DNA of 59,730 nt from Chloroflexota bacterium (GTDB taxonomy: Bacteria; Chloroflexota; Dehalococcoidia; Lucifugimonadales; UBA2985): positions 1 to 59,730 of the forward strand of contig JBDRIA010000013.1 in the NCBI GenBank assembly GCA_043816345.1, written 5' to 3'. The translations under genes and the position numbers were made by a program. Below, piece by piece: positions 1 through 10,031 of the stretch (positions are counted from its first letter, which is position 1; every line of letters begins with the position of its first letter). The notes beneath the pieces were generated by a model. It was not told where the DNA came from, searched no databases, and worked only from the letters and a program-made list of their open reading frames with translations.

Positions 1-2
1 CC

Positions 3-116
3 CTCGTCGCTGTGGGGCGCAAGCTCCTCTCAGTCATCTACGCCATCCTGAAAACAGGAAGGCCCTACGACCCTCAGCAGGAGGTGCCTCGCCATCTCGC
101 CCTCGCTCGGCCTTGA
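3..116 (+). CDS. 3' fragment of an IS110-family-like transposase (window starts inside the gene)
   Basis: Frame 3 reads LVAVGRKLLSVIYAILKTGRPYDPQQEVPRHLALARP-stop. This tail resembles IS110/IS1111 transposase C-termini. Recognised by eye only. Confidence 0.5.
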   Translation, partial: LVAVGRKLLSVIYAILKTGRPYDPQQEVPRHLALARP

Positions 117-226
117 CTTCCATATAGGAGTCATCTACGCCATCCTGAAAACAGGAAGGCCCTACGACCCTCAGCAGGAGGTGCCTCGCCATCTCGCCCT
201 CGCTCGGCCTTGACTTCCATATAGGA
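33..226 (+). repeat. Perfect 97-bp tandem duplication (33..129 and 130..226) covering the last 27 codons, stop and 13 bp downstream of the transposase fragment
   Basis: The two units are identical base for base when read side by side. Confidence 0.95.
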
Positions 227-366
227 ATCAAGTTCAAACACATGCTATGATGCTGAACACAAATGTCTGTGTTCGAGTCCTAACCGGGGAGCCAGATATT
301 GGTAAAAGGTTTGAGGTCATTTCGAATCTCGTGAGTAGGTTCTACCTTCATCCAGTATCCCCAGCT

Positions 367-744
367 ATGAAAATCCTTATATTTCTTCACGGCACAACCA
401 TAATGCACAGAAATGCTGTTAACCGTTCAAGAGGGGAGTCAGTCTTGGATTATGCCTCGTATGTGCCAGTGGGAAACGCAGTACATAAATTGAAACAATG
501 GGAGGCACGGAGTGCTACCATCACATACTTGAGTTCACATACGGATCAAAATGATATTGAGCAAGATGAGCTTGTTTTAAAACAGTATGGCTTCCCCGCA
601 GGAGAAGTTGTCTTTCGGTCAGCAGGGGAGTCCTATGCAGATGTTGCCCCACAACTTGCGCAGCATCGCCATCCCTCAACGGTTAGGCTTTGTCTACGAG
701 GGTATCCAACGCCAAGCACAGCTACTCAATGGTCAGTTTCATGA
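367..744 (+). CDS. Hypothetical protein, possibly frameshifted
   Basis: ATG at 367 (MKILIFLHGTTIMH...). The stretch is AT-richer than its flanks. An overlapping second frame (587..802) continues the coding signal. No family recognised. Confidence 0.3.
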   Translation: MKILIFLHGTTIMHRNAVNRSRGESVLDYASYVPVGNAVHKLKQWEARSATITYLSSHTDQNDIEQDELVLKQYGFPAGEVVFRSAGESYADVAPQLAQHRHPSTVRLCLRGYPTPSTATQWSVS

Positions 745-879
745 CCTTGCCGTCTACTCCATGCTGGCATCAGAGTGGGCTACACGGAAATCAGAGCCGT
801 AATAGTCGTCATGATGATACTGATATGCCAACACGTACATCGATGAAAAGACCGTGATCCCGAGGCAACAGTAACTGGT

Positions 880-1536
880 ATGCGAACCTTCAAGTGCCTC
901 TGCTTGGATCTCGACGGGACACTAGTTGACACAGAGCGCCTTCATGTCAAAGCAGAACTGCATGCGCTTCGCTGCCTCGGTATTTCCGAACTCAGCGATG
1001 AGCACCCCCGTACATTTGGCAATGGGATCGAACGCGGTGCTGATGAGATGTGTAAGCACTACGGCATTAATGATGCCTCCAGGTACTTGGCAGAGTACTT
1101 GCCTATATGGCATCGATCGCTTGAAGTAGAACTGGAGTTAATGCCTGGCGCTCGGAACCTACTTGAAATGACTTACCAAAGGCACATCCCAGTTGCACTG
1201 GTGACCTCAGAGAATACACAATACACCGAAAGCGTGACGCGACGCTTGGCAATCGATGGGTTCTTTGCCTGTACGATAAGAGGCGACTCTGTTTCGCACA
1301 TGAAGCCCCACCCAGAGCCTTATTTGCAGGCAGCACAGAATCTCGGGATTGCAGCGAAGGACTGTGTCGGGATTGAGGACTCGGGGGCGGGTGTGAACTC
1401 ACTCATTAGTGCGGGGATGTATGCAATCGCGGTACATGTAGATGCACATAGGCGCCCCGAGTTATCAGTTGCGGCGGAGCGGTTCACCTCGCTGATCGAA
1501 ATAACGGACACCGTTGTCGAGCGCCTCTTCCCGTGA
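880..1536 (+). CDS. HAD-IA family hydrolase (beta-phosphoglucomutase-like)
   Basis: DLDGTLVDTE motif I and a C-terminal GIEDSGAGV motif, with typical HAD length. Confidence 0.85.
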   Translation: MRTFKCLCLDLDGTLVDTERLHVKAELHALRCLGISELSDEHPRTFGNGIERGADEMCKHYGINDASRYLAEYLPIWHRSLEVELELMPGARNLLEMTYQRHIPVALVTSENTQYTESVTRRLAIDGFFACTIRGDSVSHMKPHPEPYLQAAQNLGIAAKDCVGIEDSGAGVNSLISAGMYAIAVHVDAHRRPELSVAAERFTSLIEITDTVVERLFP

Positions 1537-1604
1537 AGAGGACGTGGAGGGTGTGGAAGTTGGTGCATCGGGGTCTCCACACCCTAAAGTTGTTGTGAAA
1601 CGAG

Positions 1605-2036
1605 ATGGAAGATCATCGCGCGGACAGAGAAGAGAAGGGGCCGTCAGCTATTTGCGTGGCAGGAGTTGTCATCAAGGGTGGTAAGGTGTTGCTAGTTCTT
1701 CGGGCATCCTCCAGGAAGTACTACCCCGGTGTATGGGATCTGTGTGGTGGGCATGTACGGGAAGCGGAGGCACTTGAAGTTGCACTCCGCCGAGAGGTAT
1801 ATGAGGAACTTGGTATAAATGTGAAGGCCCACCGTTTGATCGGCGTGGTCCACGAACCGGTTGAACCTGCCGATATTCATCTATTCGCGATCTCCGACTG
1901 GGACGGTGAGCCAATGAATATTGCCACTGAAGAACACACTGAGATTAGCTGGTTTTCTGAAAGTGCCCTTCCAGAGTCCAATGCACTAGACGCATATCGT
2001 GCAGAAGTGGTTAAAGCCCTCAGAGCGGCGGATTAG
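1605..2036 (+). CDS. NUDIX hydrolase
   Basis: Nudix box GGHVREAEALEVALRREVYEELGI. Confidence 0.9.
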   Translation: MEDHRADREEKGPSAICVAGVVIKGGKVLLVLRASSRKYYPGVWDLCGGHVREAEALEVALRREVYEELGINVKAHRLIGVVHEPVEPADIHLFAISDWDGEPMNIATEEHTEISWFSESALPESNALDAYRAEVVKALRAAD

Positions 2037-2453
2037 GTTTCAGCATGTGCTAGATTGGGTGAATGGACTCTGGACTGGTAGCCAGAGGTCCGGGTGGAAT
2101 CAAACTACATCCTGAACGCGAGATGGAAGTGCTGTTGGCCACGAAGATGAACGACTGGGCCCTGCATTTTCCAGATCTGACCAATTGGCAGATTCGTTTG
2201 CCTTCACTTTCCTCCGGTTCACAATAGGTCGTAGGAGCAGTCCACAGCACGACTGGCAGTTGACATGCCTAGACAAAGATTGCCATGAGCACACCTCAGC
2301 GAGTGGCGCTGCCCCCAATCATGGATTCACCAACCTGACCAGTTTGCATCTCATCGGCAATCTGTTCTCTCTCACCACTGAAGAATGGGAGGACAAAGAG
2401 TGGGGCAGACGCCACATACAGCGTTCAATCAAAGAACTGCCCAGACTCTTGGA

Positions 2454-3212
2454 TCAACCTCGTCCTATGTAAGGCATCTTTGTTGCCATTAGGGTCATGA
2501 ATTGAACATTGGTATCTAATGGAAGATTTGACATATACAGAATTGCTTCGGCCACGTGATTCACATCGAATGTAGGTTCAACTTCGATTGATCCATGAGC
2601 CTGTAATATCCCGTTTTTCATTGGCAAAGTCAGGTTTGTCTCTGCGTTACCAATGTCGATTTGACTGCAGGCGATGTTGTATTTGCGCCCGTCAAGAGCG
2701 ATTGACTTGGTCAGGCCGGTTACCGCATGTTTTGTAGCAGTATAGGGTGCGGAGTTCGGACGCGGGGTGGTAGCTGATATAGAGCCGTTATTGATGATGC
2801 GTCCACCCATCGGTGTCTGAGCCTTCATAATCTTGATGGCTTCCTGTGCGCACAGAAAAGTCCCTGTCAGATTAGTGTCCAAAACCGTTTTCCATTGGCT
2901 GTAAGTTAGGTCCTCAAATGGAATAGGTGGAGCGCCTGTTCCCGCGTTGTTAAACAGTACATCTAGGCGTCCAAATGTTTCATAGGTCTTGGCGAACAAG
3001 GCTTGAACAGACTGAGGGTCTCCTACGTCGGTCGGTACTGGTAGTGCGCGTGAACTGTAGTCCGCCGCCGCTTCCACCGTATCATGTAAAGTCTCCAAAC
3101 GGCGTCCTGCCAGGGCAACAGAATATCCATCTCTTAAGAGAGCCAGAGCAGAGTATTTACCGATGCCGGATCCTGCGCCTGTAACGATAGCGACTCTCCC
3201 ATTTGAATTCAT
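2454..3212 (-). CDS. Short-chain dehydrogenase/reductase (SDR)
   Basis: TGAGSGIGK Rossmann motif, NNAG, and catalytic YTATK (YxxxK). Confidence 0.9.
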   Translation of the reverse strand: MNSNGRVAIVTGAGSGIGKYSALALLRDGYSVALAGRRLETLHDTVEAAADYSSRALPVPTDVGDPQSVQALFAKTYETFGRLDVLFNNAGTGAPPIPFEDLTYSQWKTVLDTNLTGTFLCAQEAIKIMKAQTPMGGRIINNGSISATTPRPNSAPYTATKHAVTGLTKSIALDGRKYNIACSQIDIGNAETNLTLPMKNGILQAHGSIEVEPTFDVNHVAEAILYMSNLPLDTNVQFMTLMATKMPYIGRG

Positions 3213-3615
3213 ATCTGTGCAACCTCCAATTCATGTGAAGCAGTCATTTAGTTGGAGTATAACCTCAATTCAGAGAGAAATGCGAATTAGAAGCAAATAA
3301 TCTCACCTATATCCGTCTGTTCTCGGCATATCTTGAGCTGTATGCCACATAATGAGCTAAACAAAGCAAGACAAACAAACATAATCCAGCAATTAACGTA
3401 AACATCACCCTTCCACCCCAGAGAGCGAATCCATATCACCGTACTCCGTCAGGATCGCTGATTGTTGTCGGTGCTTGAGCGACAGCATGGTACCATCACC
3501 AACCCTTGGCTGGAGCGCCTGCCATTGACACACGGGTAAGCCGGACTTAGGATAGGCTAAAATCAGGGATGCTGACGGGCCGTTCTTCAATGTCCCTCTC
3601 ACCGGGAGGTTTTCT

Positions 3616-4563
3616 ATGAGTCAGGAATTCGGCACCGGCGCTTTTCGCTACACTTTTGTGGACAACTGGGCCAAGCTGCCACCCGGTATGAGCTTCTTGG
3701 AGTGCCCTGGGGTGGCTGTGGACTCCGTGGACAACATCTATGTCCTGACGCGAGGAGAGCACCCTGTCATCGTCTTCGACCGGGATGGCAACTTCCTGCG
3801 GTCATTCGGCGAAGGGCTCTTCAGCAACCGCACTCATGGCCTCTACATCGCTAATGATGATTCCGTGCTCGTGGCCGACGATGGGCTGCACACCATCCAG
3901 AAGTTCAGTCCGCAAGGGCAGAAGCTGATGGAGATAGGAGAGCGAAACCATCCGGCGCCGAGGTGGAGTGGGCAACCCTTTAACCGTCCAACCTCCGCGG
4001 CCATCATGCTTAGCAACGGTGACATCTATATTTCAGACGGTTACGGCAACTCCCGTATCCACGTCTACTCTGCTGAAGGGGAGTACAGGTTCTCCTGGGG
4101 TGAGCCGGGCATAGACGCCGGTCAGTTCATCCGGCCTCACAACATCGCCATCGACGCCGATGACCGAGTATACGTGGTGGACCGGGAAGCCCACCGAATC
4201 CAGGTCTTCGACGCCAAAGGCAACTTCGTGACCATGTGGAACAACATCCACCGCCCAGACGCGATGGTGCTGTGGCATGACCACATTTACGTTGGTGAGC
4301 TCAACGGCATGACAGGGGTGGATGATGCCCCCGGCCTGGGTCACCGGGTGGGCATCTATACCCTTAATGGGGAAATGGTGAGCCGCTTCGGGGCCAAGGA
4401 AGAGGGCGAGGGGCCTGGTCAGTTCATCGCTCCCCACGGCATCGCAGTGGACTCCCTTGGCGCCATCTACGTTTCAGAGGTGTCCTACACCATCCGCGGG
4501 TCCCGCATGGACCCACCTAAGGAGTTGCGCAGCCTGTCTAAGTACGATTGGGCCGGGTCTTAG
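3616..4563 (+). CDS. NHL-repeat beta-propeller protein
   Basis: Repeated blades of the type GQF.RPH.IA.D...VYV.D....RIQVF. Confidence 0.75.
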   Translation: MSQEFGTGAFRYTFVDNWAKLPPGMSFLECPGVAVDSVDNIYVLTRGEHPVIVFDRDGNFLRSFGEGLFSNRTHGLYIANDDSVLVADDGLHTIQKFSPQGQKLMEIGERNHPAPRWSGQPFNRPTSAAIMLSNGDIYISDGYGNSRIHVYSAEGEYRFSWGEPGIDAGQFIRPHNIAIDADDRVYVVDREAHRIQVFDAKGNFVTMWNNIHRPDAMVLWHDHIYVGELNGMTGVDDAPGLGHRVGIYTLNGEMVSRFGAKEEGEGPGQFIAPHGIAVDSLGAIYVSEVSYTIRGSRMDPPKELRSLSKYDWAGS

Positions 4564-5119
4564 GTCTCTGATGTAGCTATGGACTGACCTGTAATCTTCT
4601 GGCTTTCTTTTCCTGGCCCCGTGGTAATTTGGGGTTGACGAGACCTCCTGCGGCCTTCCATGGCGACATTTCTCACGGTCTGCTGTGCCGGCCAAAGTAA
4701 GATATCCTGTGGGGTTCGGCGGTACACTGCTAGCCCGCTGGTCTGAAAACGGAGGTTCTGACAGCGGTATGCGACAGTATTTACACTCAGTATAATACCG
4801 ACTACCGGAAGAACCTGATGCTCCAATCAAATCGAGCTAGCCGCACCGGCGCTACTGGGCCAGCTTTCAGCTGAAGGGAGACTCAAAAATGGTACTTGAG
4901 GTATTTCATCCGAGGGAAGAGGACTCCGTCCGGGTGTCCCATGAGGTGCTGCGCCCCACGGTTGCAGCCTTGGTGGTAACATCGACCAGACTGCTGGCCA
5001 TGAGCGACGCCTAGAGAAGGGGCCTTGGCTGACGCATTAGGCTCAACCCAGAGCAGTCTCGGCCAAAGGGTGCCATCGGGTTACCTAAGGCTGGACTAAG
5101 ATAAGAAGGGAGGTTCTAG

Positions 5120-5947
5120 ATGGCGTTCGTGCAAGCAGGTCAGGTTCGGCTCGAGTACTTCGACGTGGGATATGACGGTAGAACGATGGTGCTGGTGCAT
5201 GGCGCCTCATCGTCTGCGCGCATCTGGCATATGGTACAGGAGCGCATGGCTGAGGCGGGCGTCCGTACCGTGGCTATAGGTATGCGCGGAGCGGGCGGGT
5301 CCGATCACACTCCTAACCGCGAGGACTACAACCCTGCGGCATATGCCAGAGACCTCGCGGCCGCCTTAAACGCGCTGAGTGTGAAGCGCTTTGCGCTGGT
5401 TGGCCATTCCCTGGGAGTCGCCACGGCGATTCACTTCATGCGCGACCACGCCGCGGATTTCGAAGTGCAGGCGTTGGTGTTGATGGCTGGCGGGGATGCC
5501 AGAGGGCGCCCACTGCCGACACCAGAGCAGATGCGCGAGCTTGAGGAGACCGTGGATTGTCCCCCTGCCGATGACGAGGGTACACGTCGGGCCCGGTGGA
5601 AACCGAATCACCTTGGCCTGCCCCCGGACATCCGAGATGATCTCTGGCGAGACATCCAGAACAACCCAAAAGAGCGAGTCCTTGGCCAAAGGCTGTGCGA
5701 GCGCCCGGACATGACAGCGGTGCTGGCTACCTTAACGGTACCGACGCTGGTGATGAGTGGTGATGCAGATGGCACCGTGCCGCTGGAGGCTACCCTGCGG
5801 AGTTTTCTGTCGCTTCCCTTGGAGCACCGCCATCTACACGGCTTCCATGGCGTCAGCCATTTCCCGAACGCGCACGTGCCGGACCAGGTGGCCGACGTTC
5901 TCCATCTGTTCATAGACGCGCACGTGCCCATACTGGAGAGCCCTTGA
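5120..5947 (+). CDS. Alpha/beta-fold hydrolase
   Basis: VLVHGASSS oxyanion region, GHSLG nucleophile elbow, C-terminal H. Confidence 0.8.
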   Translation: MAFVQAGQVRLEYFDVGYDGRTMVLVHGASSSARIWHMVQERMAEAGVRTVAIGMRGAGGSDHTPNREDYNPAAYARDLAAALNALSVKRFALVGHSLGVATAIHFMRDHAADFEVQALVLMAGGDARGRPLPTPEQMRELEETVDCPPADDEGTRRARWKPNHLGLPPDIRDDLWRDIQNNPKERVLGQRLCERPDMTAVLATLTVPTLVMSGDADGTVPLEATLRSFLSLPLEHRHLHGFHGVSHFPNAHVPDQVADVLHLFIDAHVPILESP

Positions 5948-6072
5948 ACCCCTGCCCCTGAGTTCGAAGCACAGTACTCAACTAATGTTCGTCGTCCGAC
6001 GGTCTAGTCCGTTGACAGCCACCACAGCCGCGATTACACTCGCACCTGTGATGGGCTGAATCAGCCTGGTAT

Positions 6073-6957
6073 GTGCGAGGCAGGCGAGTTGCACGCGTGA
6101 TTATAGGCAGTCCGGATCATATGCCAACTGCCTCATCCTGCATCAGGTCTTGGAGGTTGATCTTGAGAGAGAACCGGCTTCGCCAGCTACTGAACGATGG
6201 ACAACCATCCATCGGCACGCATGTCCACAGCATGTGGCCGTCTGTTGTAGAGGCAATTGGCCACACCGGAATGTTCGACTACGTCGAGTTCGTGGCCGAG
6301 TACGCTCCCTTTGACCTGTTTTCCTTGGACAACTTCTGCCGCGCCGTCGAGCTCTTCGACATGTCGTCGATGATCAAGGTGGACCAAGAGCCACGCGGCT
6401 TCCTGGCCCAGCGCGGGATCGGCGCTGGCTTTCAGAGCGTCCTGTTCGCCGACTGCCGATCGGCGGACGAGGTACGTGAGTGCGTACGGATAGCGCGCCC
6501 CGATACTCCCCAGGACGGTGGCACCTACGGTGCCAACTCCCGCCGTTTCACCTACAGGAGTATGGCCTATGGTGGCACTGCTGAACACGTACAGGCGATC
6601 CGCGATGTCGTAGTGGTGGCCATGATAGAAAAGCGCTCCGCGGTGGACGAGCTCGACGAGATCCTATCGATCGAAGGGCTGGATATGGTCCAGTGGGGAC
6701 CCTCCGACTACTCCATGAGCATCGGTCGGCCGGGCGAGACAGGAGTGCCGGAGGTTCAAGAGGCCGAGCGCAGGGTATTCGAGTCCGCGCTGAAGGCAGG
6801 TATACAGCCTCGGGCCGAGATTAGTAGCCCGGACGAGGCCAAGCGGTTTCTCGACATGGGGGTCCGCCACTTCTGTATAGGTACGGATATTAACATCCTG
6901 TACAACTGGTTGAGATCAAATGGCGATGCGCTCCGCAAGGCCGTCTCATACGCATAG
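6073..6957 (+). CDS. HpcH/HpaI-family 2-keto-3-deoxy-acid aldolase
   Basis: NRLRQLLNDGQPSIGTHV... N-terminus and a GLDMVQWGPSDYS region typical of the family. The true start is probably internal (about 6121-6160). Confidence 0.7.
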   Translation: MRGRRVARVIIGSPDHMPTASSCIRSWRLILRENRLRQLLNDGQPSIGTHVHSMWPSVVEAIGHTGMFDYVEFVAEYAPFDLFSLDNFCRAVELFDMSSMIKVDQEPRGFLAQRGIGAGFQSVLFADCRSADEVRECVRIARPDTPQDGGTYGANSRRFTYRSMAYGGTAEHVQAIRDVVVVAMIEKRSAVDELDEILSIEGLDMVQWGPSDYSMSIGRPGETGVPEVQEAERRVFESALKAGIQPRAEISSPDEAKRFLDMGVRHFCIGTDINILYNWLRSNGDALRKAVSYA

Positions 6958-7063
6958 ACTGACTTCTGCCAGCTGGTAACCCTATTCATACCCACCATTG
7001 TTGGCGAGCCGCAACCGGGTCGAGTAGCAGTCGGCTATTAGGTCTGAGAAAGATACGGCAAGG

Positions 7064-8218
7064 TTGATGGATTCTATGAAAATCATCGTTGCTCCTCAGG
7101 CATTCAAAGGCACAGCGTCTGCCACTGCCGTCGCCAATGCAATCTGCCGAGGCGTCCTTTTGGCTGTGCCGAATGCTGATGTTGTCCCTATCCCCATCGC
7201 GGACGGTGGAAGCGGCACAGTCGAAGCTCTGGTATCTGCCACGGGAGGTCGATACATCAGTACGCTAACCAGCGACCCCTTGGATCGTCCGATTACCGCT
7301 CGTTGGGGCGTGCTGGGTGATGGCGAGACAGCTGTCATCGAAACTGCAGCCGCTTCCGGCCTATCGCTTCTTGAGACCTCCGAGCGTGACCCGACAAGGA
7401 CGACGACCAGAGGGACCGGCAATCTGATTCGGGCCGCGTTGGATGCGGGTTATCGCCGTATGCTGATCGGACTCGGTGATAGCGCCACCAACGACGCTGG
7501 AGTTGGTCTGGCTCAAGCTATCGGAATTCGTGCTCTGGATGATAAGGGCCATGACCTTCCCGCTGGTGGTGCAGCTTTAAGAAGTCTCCATTCCTTCGAT
7601 ATGAGTGGCATTCATCCGAGTCTCTCCTCTTCTACCATCACCGTGCTTTGTGATGTGACGAATCCCCTTTGCGGTTTGGATGGTGCGTCGGCCATCTTCG
7701 GCCCACAAAAGGGGGCAACCACCCAGCAGATTTCGCTGCTAGAGGCCGCCTTGACGCATTTTGCAGATGTAGTTGAAGCACAGCTAGGGTGCAACGTGCG
7801 TGATATCCCAGGAGCCGGAGCGGCCGGCGGACTGGGAGCGGGACTCGTAGCGTTCTGCGGCGCGGTGCTGCGGCCCGGTTTCGAGGTTGTCAGCAAGGCT
7901 CTGAATCTTACTGAGTCACTGGCTGGAGCAGACATTGTCTTGACAGGGGAGGGGCGCATCGATGCCCAGACGGCCGGCGGCAAAGGCGTTTCTGGTGTCG
8001 CTGCTCTTGCTAAGGAGTGTGGTGTTCCGTTGGTTGCCGCGATCGTCGGTGTAAACGAATTAGGTACAACTGAAGCGACATCCTTGGGTATTGATGGAGT
8101 CTTTGCTCTCGCGCGTTCATCGGAGCGGGTAATCGCCGACGCGGAGGCCACACCGCGTCTAATTGAGGCAACAGCGGCGCGTGCTGTCACAAGCCTCCTC
8201 AAAGGGAAGATGCGATGA
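7064..8218 (+). CDS. glxK: Glycerate kinase
   Basis: MKIIVAPQAFKGTASA... N-terminus and a C-terminal LTGEGRIDAQTAGGK motif. ATGs at 7067 and 7076 are alternative starts. Confidence 0.85.
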   Translation: MMDSMKIIVAPQAFKGTASATAVANAICRGVLLAVPNADVVPIPIADGGSGTVEALVSATGGRYISTLTSDPLDRPITARWGVLGDGETAVIETAAASGLSLLETSERDPTRTTTRGTGNLIRAALDAGYRRMLIGLGDSATNDAGVGLAQAIGIRALDDKGHDLPAGGAALRSLHSFDMSGIHPSLSSSTITVLCDVTNPLCGLDGASAIFGPQKGATTQQISLLEAALTHFADVVEAQLGCNVRDIPGAGAAGGLGAGLVAFCGAVLRPGFEVVSKALNLTESLAGADIVLTGEGRIDAQTAGGKGVSGVAALAKECGVPLVAAIVGVNELGTTEATSLGIDGVFALARSSERVIADAEATPRLIEATAARAVTSLLKGKMR

Positions 8219-9231
8219 TTACTGAAAGGCCTCGTGTTTTTGTCACGCGGAGATTGCCCCAGGAAATTCTGGATAGACTCGATGCGCACGTCTCGGTTGA
8301 CCTTTGGGACAGTGATCTTCCTCCGGACGTGCATAGCCTTCGGGAGCATGTCGCGCAAGCTGAAGGTCTGTTCTCTCTCCTGACCGATCGGATCGACACG
8401 GCCCTCCTGTCCGCTGCACCTTCTCTGCGCGTTGTCAGCAATATGGCCGTTGGCACCGACAACATCGAGCTTGCTTCAGCGACGGCCCGAGGGATCCCCG
8501 TGGGCAATACACCAGGGGTTCTAACAGAGACCACCGCGGACTTCACGTTTGCACTGCTCATGGCTGCTGCGCGCCGCGTCGTTGACGGCGATAACTTTGT
8601 CCGCGCGGGACACTGGAAGACCTGGGGGCCGAACGTATTGTTGGGACGCGACGTGTTTGGTGCGACTCTTGGAATTGTTGGGTTCGGTGCCATTGGTCAA
8701 GCAGTCGCACGCCGGGCCCAGGGGTTCTCCATGCGTGTCCTCTACATCGATCGCCCCTCTGCGCCTCCACCCCAGGGGGTTGATGCCACATTAGTATCAC
8801 TGGATACCCTGCTCCAGGAAGCGGACTTCGTTTCTCTCCACGTTTCACTCACCGAGGAAACGCGACACATGATCGGCTCTCGGGAGATGGCGTTGATGAA
8901 GGAGACAGCTATCCTCGTGAACACGGCGCGCGGCCCGGTTATTGATCAACAGGCACTTGTGGTCGCGCTCAGGCAGGGACGCCCTGCCAGGGCTGCATTA
9001 GACGTAACGGCCATCGAGCCCATAGATTCACAAGACGAGCTTCTTGCGCTGCCGAATGTCGTCATCACTCCTCATATTGCCAGTGCCAGTGTGGCCACCC
9101 GCCTTCGCATGGCGAACATGGCGGTCGATAATTTACTGGCTGGCCTTGTGGGAAGGCTGCTTCCCAACTGTGCCAATCCAGAGGTCTATCAGGGCGGGAA
9201 GAGCGGGAGTACCGCAAGTCCCGCTTCGTGA
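8215..9231 (+). CDS. D-2-hydroxyacid dehydrogenase (glyoxylate/hydroxypyruvate reductase-like)
   Basis: GIVGFGAIGQAVARRA NAD-binding site, NTARGPVID, ITPHIASAS. ATGA overlap with the glycerate kinase gene. Confidence 0.85.
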   Translation: MITERPRVFVTRRLPQEILDRLDAHVSVDLWDSDLPPDVHSLREHVAQAEGLFSLLTDRIDTALLSAAPSLRVVSNMAVGTDNIELASATARGIPVGNTPGVLTETTADFTFALLMAAARRVVDGDNFVRAGHWKTWGPNVLLGRDVFGATLGIVGFGAIGQAVARRAQGFSMRVLYIDRPSAPPPQGVDATLVSLDTLLQEADFVSLHVSLTEETRHMIGSREMALMKETAILVNTARGPVIDQQALVVALRQGRPARAALDVTAIEPIDSQDELLALPNVVITPHIASASVATRLRMANMAVDNLLAGLVGRLLPNCANPEVYQGGKSGSTASPAS

Positions 9232-9428
9232 ACTGAGTTGGGTATGGACCCAAAGGGTGGAAGATCGAACAGCCCCACGTTATTTTGCTCGATTTGCGCG
9301 TTGCCTGGAGTATGTTTAAGCTGAGTGTCATTTTGGCAGGCTTCGATAGGAGTAAGCCACACCAAGAGTAGCGAGCCGGCGAGCGCATGAACTGGGCTCT
9401 GATTTTCCGTTAGGGCACGTTGGTCAAC

Positions 9429-9686
9429 TCAATAACTGCCAGCGAACCCCATAACGTTTGCAGGCTTTGTGTGGTTCGTGTTCGTTCCGTCTCCCAGCTG
9501 GCCGAAGTGATTCGCCACCCGGCACTTGAGGCTGCCTGCCGTGGTCACAGCGCAGGTATGGTCACCACCCGTGGAGATTGCGGTGGCCATTGCGGTAGGC
9601 GACGGTGTCAGCCTAGATTGATCACAGGTCAGGAACAGCAATGCATTGAAGGCCGAGAGCAAGAACAAGGCCAAGACTGCTCGCAT
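9429..9686 (-). pseudogene. Truncated RCC1-repeat protein with an N-terminal signal/lipobox-like peptide
   Basis: MRAVLALFLLSAFNALLFLTC then GGDHTCAVTTAGSLKC..NHFGQLGDGT, which is one RCC1 blade only before the stop. Confidence 0.5.
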
Positions 9687-10031
9687 GGGGCCAATATAGC
9701 GACATCTGCAGAAAGGGTAACTCCAAGAGGCGGGCGTGCCCACTCAATGTCGATGGCTGCATGACTCAACTTGCGATAAGGCCAGGTTCGGAGAATCACT
9801 TCTTGGCTTGCGCGTTTCTTACGGTGTCAGGGAGAAAATCGGCCTGAAGCCCGCCAATCAGGAACACCGAAGCCAGGACGTGCCAGACCTGGACGACTCC
9901 AGTTAATGTGAGCGTACCCAGGACTGAGTAGATGACCGCAACTCCTGCTGCCGTCACCATCAAGAGGTGTCATTGGCCAACCTTGTCGGCAACAACACCT
10001 CTCGCCAGACCCAGAGGTGGTTGGGAGTCAC

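Noticed and set aside
33-226. CRISPR array (also considered for 39929..39964)
   Set aside because: The repeats are directly abutting with no spacers, and no cas genes are present in the window.
7612-8693. Two long minus-strand ORFs (248 and 164 aa)
   Set aside because: They are antisense to the glycerate kinase and hydroxyacid dehydrogenase genes and have Arg/Ser/Pro-rich shadow-frame composition.
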